This document shows positions 57,753 through 64,000 of a DNA stretch of 64,000 bases, piece by piece; positions within the stretch are counted from its first letter, which is position 1, and each line of letters starts with the position of its first letter. The position numbers were made by a program, and so were the translations under genes. The notes beneath the pieces are model-generated. The model made no database searches. It saw only the letters and a program-made list of their open reading frames with translations, and had not been told where the DNA came from. The DNA is from an uncultured virus (IMG/VR IMGVR_UViG_3300041809_001460) (taxonomy: Duplodnaviria > Heunggongvirae > Uroviricota > Caudoviricetes): the IMG/VR virus record IMGVR_UViG_3300041809_001460; one strand, 5' to 3'.

Positions 57753-60606
57753 AGAGCTAGTACAGGTTCGGACCGTCAAGCGAAAAAGCTTGAAGACGGA
57801 CCCGCGCGGCTGCGAAGTGTGCCCGCTGAACGAGATCAAGGGAATTCAGAAGATCATGGGCACCGTCGAGGGCAAGTCCATTCTCATTGTCGGGCAGAGC
57901 CCAGGCCAGAATGAGAACCGCGAGGGACAGGAATTCATTGGCGATGCCGGAGAATTTCTCTGGAACGAGCTGGACCTGGTGGGAATACACCGTGAGGACT
58001 GCGACATCTTCAACGTGGTTCGATGCCTGCCAGCGGACCAAATAGCCGGGACCTACAGCTCGCGGCTTGTGATGCGGAGTCCGACGCCAGTCGAGATTCA
58101 CTGCTGCTCTATCCACACTGAGGAAGCCCTGACGAAAACCAAGGCTCGGCACATCCTGATTCTGGGGCAGATCGCGCAGAAGGCATTTCTCAAGACCCGA
58201 TCAGTCCCCGCGCAGAAGATTTTCTGGAGTGAGGAGCATCAAGCCAAAATCTATTTAGCCGACCACCCAGCGTTCTTTGTGCGTGGCTACGGAGCCGGAG
58301 CCAGGATCGAGGCGTTCCGCGAGACCATGAAGCAGCTGGCTGCTGATTGGCAGAGCGCCGACGACGACACAGCGTCCGACAACTATCGCTACCTGCGGGA
58401 GCAGAAATACCATCTGATCCTAACTGAGGAGAGGGCCTGGAATGTCGGCCGTTTTCTACTCGCGTACGCTCGCAAAGGCATTCGCGTATCCGCCGACATC
58501 GAGTACGACATCATCGACGGAAAGAAGCTGATCTTCGCCGTCGGTTTCAGCCCCAAACCGGGCTTGTCTTTCATCTTCGTGTTCGACCATCCGAAGATCG
58601 CGCAGGCGCCACGCGACAGCAAGAAGTGCCGTGAGATGGCCTGGGCGCTGCTCAAGGCTGAGAACGTAAAGAAGGTGATGCACTTCGGGTGCTCCGACGT
58701 GAACGCGCTGCGAGAGGCCGGCGTCGAGACCAAGGGATACGACTGGGATACGAATTACAGCGAGTATCTTTACTATCCCGATGAGCACAACAAATACGGA
58801 CTGGCGAACATCGCTGAGAGGAGATTCCAGCAATTCTCCGGTTACAAGTCCATCATCTTTGACGATCTTTTTGACGCTGCGCCGCCGGGGGTCGAGCCCC
58901 CTGCCAATATCCGCAATGGCTCTTACGATGCTAAGGAAACGTGGTTGAAGCAGCACGACCTGTTTCACCTGACGAACCTGAGGCCAGACACGCTGCGCTT
59001 GTATACGGGAGGCGACGCCGATCTGACCAAGCGTATCGAGATCGACAACAAGAAGAAGGTGCCGCACGCGCTGGTGAAGCTGTACATGGACCTCGGGTTT
59101 TTGCTGCTGGCGATGGAGGACAACGGTCCCTGGTTCGACGAGTGGCAGCACCGGCAGGTGCATCGGCTCTGGCCGCATCTAGCTGCTGAGGCGCTCGAGA
59201 AGGTGCGGAAGATGATCGGAGACCCCGATTTCAACCCTGGCAGTTCCAAACAGGTCTACGACGCTATCTACCGGCGGCTCCATTTGCAATACCCGCTGCA
59301 CAAGGGGAAGCCCAATACGCGAAAGCAGACCATGATGATGCTCTCGCGGGAGCACCCATTTCCGGGGGCTGTTCTTGCTTGGAGGAAGGCGAGTAAGGTT
59401 GTCTCCACCTACATTGACGGCCCCTATGAGGTAGCCAAGAGATTCGGTGGCCGTGTGAGGACTACGTGGTGGGCCACCGGCACAGCTGCCGGCCGGTTGT
59501 CGAGCAGCGGTGGTGATGAAGGGGGCATGAACCTGCAGAACCTGCACAAGGACAAGCGTCTGCAGAATCTCTACGTGTCCGATAAACGCTGGCGGCGAGT
59601 ATTCAACGCGATCAAGAGCATTCTTAAAACCGAGCCGCGGGTGATGTGGGAGCAGCTGATCGAGCAGTGGGTTCGCGAGAATATGCCCGATCTCAAGACC
59701 TTTCTGATTCTGGACTACGGGCAGATTGAAGTGCGTGTGGCCGCGCAGGTGTCGGGCGACGAGAACCTGATCGCGGATTGCGCCTCAGCCGACATCCACA
59801 GCACAGTCGGATCGCGTATGACCGGTTGGAGTGTCGTGAAGATCAAACACGACAACAAAACCCGTACCTTGACCAAGAACGTCCACTTCGGGATTATGTT
59901 CGGCATCGACCGCCGGAACCTGTTTGAGTTCATCAAGGCTATGGACCCTGATTTCAACGGCACCGAGGAAGAGGTGTTCGCGCAGTTCGACCGCTACTTC
60001 GAGCGGTATACCGGCATCGCCAGATACATCGAATCGCAGCGGGAGCTGGCGCAGGATCAGGGGTATGTGGAGACGATATTCGGATTGCACCGAGCGCTGA
60101 ACCTCACCAGCTTCCGCAAGGACTTCGATGACGAGGACGGTGATAGCGACGACTACATTGACGCAGCTGGTGAGAGGCAGACTTCGTGGCGCAATCAATG
60201 TATCAATACGCCGGTGCAGGGATCAGCCCACCAGCTGCTCGAGTGCGGGATGGTGAATATGGTGAGGAAGCCCCAAGAGTATACGGTCCTGGGAACGCCA
60301 TCGATGGACGTACACGACGCACTCTACTTTATTGTGAACGTGCTGGAGCTGCAGGAGGCTTACCGCAAGGCGCGGTATTTGATGGAAGTGGATTCCCTCG
60401 CAACCGTGAAGAGCGACTTTCCTGAGATCGATTGGAAAGTGCCGATCGTGGTTGAGGCTGAGGCTGGGCTGAGGCTGGGCACGCGTGTGGAGCTGAAGGA
60501 TGACCAGTTCACCGTGGGAGGCTATTTGCTGGATTGGTACAACGTGACTAAGAAGCAAATCCTTGATATGAAGAAGCAGCTGGATGAGCTGCCGGGGGCT
60601 GCATGA
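57742..60606 (+). CDS. Family A DNA polymerase with N-terminal family-4 uracil-DNA-glycosylase-like domain and 3'-5' exonuclease
   Basis: CEVCPL...GQSPG..E...F.GDAG...NVVRC...HPA; ADIEY exo I; GRLSS, NLQN, LDYGQIEVR, KNVHFG, VHD. Confidence 0.9.
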   Translation: MPFEELVQVRTVKRKSLKTDPRGCEVCPLNEIKGIQKIMGTVEGKSILIVGQSPGQNENREGQEFIGDAGEFLWNELDLVGIHREDCDIFNVVRCLPADQIAGTYSSRLVMRSPTPVEIHCCSIHTEEALTKTKARHILILGQIAQKAFLKTRSVPAQKIFWSEEHQAKIYLADHPAFFVRGYGAGARIEAFRETMKQLAADWQSADDDTASDNYRYLREQKYHLILTEERAWNVGRFLLAYARKGIRVSADIEYDIIDGKKLIFAVGFSPKPGLSFIFVFDHPKIAQAPRDSKKCREMAWALLKAENVKKVMHFGCSDVNALREAGVETKGYDWDTNYSEYLYYPDEHNKYGLANIAERRFQQFSGYKSIIFDDLFDAAPPGVEPPANIRNGSYDAKETWLKQHDLFHLTNLRPDTLRLYTGGDADLTKRIEIDNKKKVPHALVKLYMDLGFLLLAMEDNGPWFDEWQHRQVHRLWPHLAAEALEKVRKMIGDPDFNPGSSKQVYDAIYRRLHLQYPLHKGKPNTRKQTMMMLSREHPFPGAVLAWRKASKVVSTYIDGPYEVAKRFGGRVRTTWWATGTAAGRLSSSGGDEGGMNLQNLHKDKRLQNLYVSDKRWRRVFNAIKSILKTEPRVMWEQLIEQWVRENMPDLKTFLILDYGQIEVRVAAQVSGDENLIADCASADIHSTVGSRMTGWSVVKIKHDNKTRTLTKNVHFGIMFGIDRRNLFEFIKAMDPDFNGTEEEVFAQFDRYFERYTGIARYIESQRELAQDQGYVETIFGLHRALNLTSFRKDFDDEDGDSDDYIDAAGERQTSWRNQCINTPVQGSAHQLLECGMVNMVRKPQEYTVLGTPSMDVHDALYFIVNVLELQEAYRKARYLMEVDSLATVKSDFPEIDWKVPIVVEAEAGLRLGTRVELKDDQFTVGGYLLDWYNVTKKQILDMKKQLDELPGAA

Positions 60607-61025
60607 TCGACCGCTTCGAGGGTGAGAACAGGTTTCTCTCCAACTTTTATCCGTCGCCCGTGATGTATCAGGGGATTGTCTACCCCTCCGTGGAGTGTGC
60701 TTTTCAGGCTGCGAAGACTTTGGACACCAAGGTGCGCGCTGAGTTCGCGCAGCTTACAGCAGCGCAGGCCAAGAGCCATGGGCGCAGGGTCAAGCTACGT
60801 GAGGATTGGGAGAGCGTGAAGTTAGAGATTATGGAGATACTGCTGCGACGTAAGTTCAAGGACTCGACGCTGAGAGCTAAGCTGCTCGCGACCGGCCAGG
60901 AACAGCTGATTGAAGGCAACTGGTGGCATGACACCTTTTGGGGGGTCTGCAACGGCGTGGGCGAGAACCACCTCGGCCGACTGCTGATGCGGGTGCGAGA
61001 CGAGATTCGAGTTGACGGCCGCTGA
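60603..61025 (+). CDS. NADAR (YbiA-like) family protein
   Basis: FLSNFY, YPSVE..FQAAK, AK..GR, DW..VK..IM, L..TG...LIEGN..DTFWG, GEN.LG.LLM. Confidence 0.9.
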   Translation: MIDRFEGENRFLSNFYPSPVMYQGIVYPSVECAFQAAKTLDTKVRAEFAQLTAAQAKSHGRRVKLREDWESVKLEIMEILLRRKFKDSTLRAKLLATGQEQLIEGNWWHDTFWGVCNGVGENHLGRLLMRVRDEIRVDGR

Positions 61026-61040
61026 ATTTTATAGGATGTA

Positions 61041-61589
61041 ATGATGGCGATTACCGCTGACGTGCTAATCAAACGACTGGCCTTGGTGGACGAGAACGTT
61101 CTTGTCGAGGCCGCGCAGCAGCCGCTGCGATTTGTCGATGCTGCCAGGTATCGTGTCGCCGCGATGAAGAACCGAGCACAGGTGACCGCCGAGCTTGGGT
61201 ATTTGAAGAGCCGTCTTGCGATGGCCATCCGGGCTAAGGGGAATGAGGCTGGAGAGCGCGTCACCGACAAGGCTTGTGCTGAGCGTGTGGAGAAGCATCG
61301 ACTGGTACGGGCGCTGAGCGCGAAGCTGGACCGAGCCTTGGAGCTTGAGGAGTTTGCTCGGCTGATCATGGAGGCCTACAGGATGCGCCGTGACGCGATT
61401 CGAGTGATTGCCGAGACCCAGATCGCTGAGGGTGTGAAAGAGGGGCATGAGGTTGATCGGATCGAGCAACGCCGCCGACTACATACAGCTGCACGGAATT
61501 TGGAGCAGAAACGGTCGAGAATCGAAGCCCCGGGCAACGATGACCCGGACATTGCCGACGGCGTGGAGCAGGAAGAGAACTTGAGATGA
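61041..61589 (+). CDS. Helical protein, possibly UvsY-like recombination mediator
   Basis: Coiled-coil; located among the SSB and RecA-like genes. Confidence 0.45.
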   Translation: MMAITADVLIKRLALVDENVLVEAAQQPLRFVDAARYRVAAMKNRAQVTAELGYLKSRLAMAIRAKGNEAGERVTDKACAERVEKHRLVRALSAKLDRALELEEFARLIMEAYRMRRDAIRVIAETQIAEGVKEGHEVDRIEQRRRLHTAARNLEQKRSRIEAPGNDDPDIADGVEQEENLR

Positions 61590-61918
61590 GCGACAAGCCG
61601 CTAAGTAAACTCGGCATTTCGGCTATTACCGTGAGCGTGGAGATAGCTGACAAGACCTACGGCTCCGGCGAGTCGTTGTTTATGTCGGTAGGATCGCGGC
61701 TGCCTGAATCCACGCCGGGTCTACCATTGACCGCTGATGAAGCCATTGACGACGGCATCGATAAATACCTCGTGGCCTGGCAGACGCTGCTTCAGGCTGC
61801 GTTGGCGGAAGGAAGGATTTCTCAGGGCGATTATAAGAGGCAGACGGTTAACACATTGCATAGAGTAAAGCAGGTTCGCGAACTCTATCGTCGGATCGTG
61901 AAGGCGGAAGCCGTATGA
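61586..61918 (+). CDS. Hypothetical protein
   Basis: ATGA overlap. Confidence 0.65.
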   Translation: MSDKPLSKLGISAITVSVEIADKTYGSGESLFMSVGSRLPESTPGLPLTADEAIDDGIDKYLVAWQTLLQAALAEGRISQGDYKRQTVNTLHRVKQVRELYRRIVKAEAV

Positions 61919-61948
61919 TGTGCGGTATCTCAACTGGAGAAGAAGAAA

Positions 61949-63082
61949 ATGGCGATCGACGAAAGAGAGTACGCGCGAAAGCGCGCCGAACAGCGGCAGC
62001 AGAGTTCCTGGTACAAGCTGAAGGAAGGTGACAACTGCTTCCGCATTCTGCCTACCCCGCCGTCCGATGATGTGCAGACGAACTGGTTTGAGTACGCTGT
62101 GCATCGTGAGGTCGGACCTAAGAAGACAACCGTGCGCTGTGGCATCGACCCTGTGAGCGGCGAAGGTCAATGCTGGATTTGCGACAAGCTGATTCCGCAT
62201 CTGAAAGCGAAGAAGCTGGAGCAGCGGGCGACGGCCCTGGCGCCTCGGGCCAACGTGCTGATCCAAGTGGCTAAGGTGGATGAGAATGGGAAGATGACCG
62301 GGCCTTATCTCTTTACCCCAGCCAAGACCCTGGCCGACCAGCTGCTGGCGTCGATCTTCGGATCGCGGAAGCGCAGCTATATTGATCCCGTTCGGGGATA
62401 CAACATCAATGTGAGCCGCACCGGCACCGGAAGGCTGGACACCAAATACGGAATGCTCGAGCCTGACCAGGACTCGACAGCCGTTCCCAAGACATTGCTG
62501 GCCAAGGTGCAGCCCTTCAGTGAGCTGAAGGAAGTGCCTGTTTACTCGCAGGCCAAGCAGCAGGCCGCTTACAGCGGCAAGGATGTGGCTGAGGAGCCGG
62601 AACAAGATGAAGAAGAGCCACCCCGCCGCCGCGCCCGTGTTGCTGCGCCTGTCGAAGAGGAAGAGGTTGCGGACGCTGGTCTGGATGATGACGAGCTAGC
62701 CACCGACGACGTCGGCGACGAGGACCTGGTGGACGACCCGGACCCTGATGCTGAAGAGGAGCCGGCGCCACCCAGACGGGCGGCGAAGCCTGCTGCGAAG
62801 CCGGCCGCAAGGCCAGCTGCGCGGAGAGCCGCCCCGGTGGAAGAGGAAGAGCCGGAGGCGGAACTGGCCGGCGACGATGAAGAGCTGCTCGAGGACGATC
62901 TACCGGATGAGATCGACCTCAACGACCTCGGCGACGAGCCGCCGCTCGAAGAAGAGGAAGAGGCGCCTGCTCCGAAGCCACGGGCCGCAGCTAAGCCCGC
63001 GGCGCGGCCAGCAGCGAAACCTGCGGCACGGCCTGCCAGCAAGGTAGCGGTGCCCGCACCGAAGCCGAAGGCGCGGCGATAA
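61949..63082 (+). CDS. Phage single-stranded DNA-binding protein (gp32-like) with long acidic/PAK-rich tail
   Basis: YKLKEGDNCFRILP, C...CWIC, DP..GY...V.R.G.G..T.Y; acidic C-terminus. Confidence 0.7.
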   Translation: MAIDEREYARKRAEQRQQSSWYKLKEGDNCFRILPTPPSDDVQTNWFEYAVHREVGPKKTTVRCGIDPVSGEGQCWICDKLIPHLKAKKLEQRATALAPRANVLIQVAKVDENGKMTGPYLFTPAKTLADQLLASIFGSRKRSYIDPVRGYNINVSRTGTGRLDTKYGMLEPDQDSTAVPKTLLAKVQPFSELKEVPVYSQAKQQAAYSGKDVAEEPEQDEEEPPRRRARVAAPVEEEEVADAGLDDDELATDDVGDEDLVDDPDPDAEEEPAPPRRAAKPAAKPAARPAARRAAPVEEEEPEAELAGDDEELLEDDLPDEIDLNDLGDEPPLEEEEEAPAPKPRAAAKPAARPAAKPAARPASKVAVPAPKPKARR

Positions 63083-63137
63083 CCGATCAAACTGTGAGTG
63101 GGGCCCGAACCTGGGCCCCTTGCATCTAGGAGCAGAT

Positions 63138-64000
63138 ATGGCTGTGCCCAAACCCAAAGCTAAGAAGGTGGCGAAGCAGAGCGAGCGTGAGATGCAGGCC
63201 ATCGAAGACGCCGTTGACAAGGCCGGCGAAGAGTTTGATGAAGAGCAAGAGACCGAGGACCTTGTAGAGGACGTTGGGATACAGATCAACGGCGACGAAA
63301 TTCAGGCTGCGGTGCGAAAGATGATGAAGCTGTCGCTGTTTGAGCCGCCGGAGAATTTCTGGTTGAACACAGGATCGCCGGAACTGAACTCCGTTTTCGG
63401 CTCACGCAAGCTGGGCATTCCCTACGGCAAGGTGATCGAGGTAGCTGGGCCCGAACACTGTGGAAAGACGCTAATTGCCAATGTGATGATGGGCATGGCG
63501 CAGCGTGATGGAGCCGCGGCGGGATATATCGATTTGGAAGAGAGCCGCGACGCCAACTGGGCAACCAAGCTGGGTGTGAATTGGGAGGCTGTGACAAAAA
63601 TCTATCCTGAGCTGGTGAAGCAGAAAAGCGGCCCGCCGATGCTGTTGAGCGCCGAGCAGATTTGCAATCAGGCCGAGCAGGCCATGTATCTGCTGCACAA
63701 GGCCGGGGCCAGAAAGCAGTTCTGGTTTCTGGACTCTATCGCCATGCTGATACCAGCGACGCAGATGGAAGCTGGGCTGACCGGAATCAATATGCGGACG
63801 AAGCTGGCCCGAGCCGACTTTCTAGCTACACTGATGCCGAGATGGGCTGGCCTGGCTGCGAACTACAACGCGTTGATGCTGGTGTCCAACCAGCTTCGAG
63901 CTAAGATCGGCTCCTTTGTGATGGGCGATCCCGACGAGACCACCGGCGGCAGGGCCCTGCGTCATGTAGCCTCGATCAGAGTCCGCGGCAGGCGCTTAAA
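63138..64000 (+). CDS. RecA/UvsX-like recombinase, 3'-truncated (absent from the ORF track)
   Basis: AGGAG RBS; TGSPELN...GIPYGKVIEVAGPEHCGKT, YIDLE, FLDSIAML, NQLRAKIG, TTGGRAL...ASIR. Confidence 0.9.
   Translation, partial: MAVPKPKAKKVAKQSEREMQAIEDAVDKAGEEFDEEQETEDLVEDVGIQINGDEIQAAVRKMMKLSLFEPPENFWLNTGSPELNSVFGSRKLGIPYGKVIEVAGPEHCGKTLIANVMMGMAQRDGAAAGYIDLEESRDANWATKLGVNWEAVTKIYPELVKQKSGPPMLLSAEQICNQAEQAMYLLHKAGARKQFWFLDSIAMLIPATQMEAGLTGINMRTKLARADFLATLMPRWAGLAANYNALMLVSNQLRAKIGSFVMGDPDETTGGRALRHVASIRVRGRRL

Noticed and set aside
63100..63121. GGGGCCC hairpin after the SSB gene as a terminator
   Set aside because: Lacks a convincing U-tract.
1..64000. Stop-codon reassignment, tRNA genes, integrase/att sites and host assignment
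   Set aside because: Genes are intact in the standard code with all three stops used; no cloverleaf or integrase was recognised. An Acidobacteriota-like host is only a guess from protein style and cannot be supported.

Overview
A 64-kb, high-GC segment of a large tailed dsDNA phage genome, with almost all genes on the + strand. Gene order: small early-type genes (1-2428); an intein-containing portal; four signal-peptide-bearing beta-rich proteins; prohead protease/scaffold and major capsid; three 'polyvalent' effector-like proteins; neck and non-contractile tail genes (tube, chaperone pair, tape measure, large tail-tip protein); an SF2 helicase; a second block of small genes; and a replication/recombination module (DnaB-like helicase, primase, 5'-3' exonuclease, sigma-like protein, DNA methyltransferase, clamp, UDG-fused PolA, NADAR, SSB, RecA-like). 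No terminase, lysis, integrase, tRNA or CRISPR features were recognised. The most striking system is a ~1720-aa polyprotein. Seven of its modules (zeta-like kinase, unknown, Fic, ART, HAD, ART, unknown) are each preceded by the same ~16-aa leader, [VLM]x[AG]-[YF][SD]xDExR[DN]xxG[RE]W, and a ParB-like module ends the protein. The next gene (repeats plus kinase) carries the same leader. This suggests a protease-processed, head-packaged effector cartridge. A conserved late promoter (AGCTTGCTGTTG-N20-YANNYT-N6-ATG) appears to drive leaderless transcripts of the head genes. All functional calls come from motif recognition by eye; no database searches were run.
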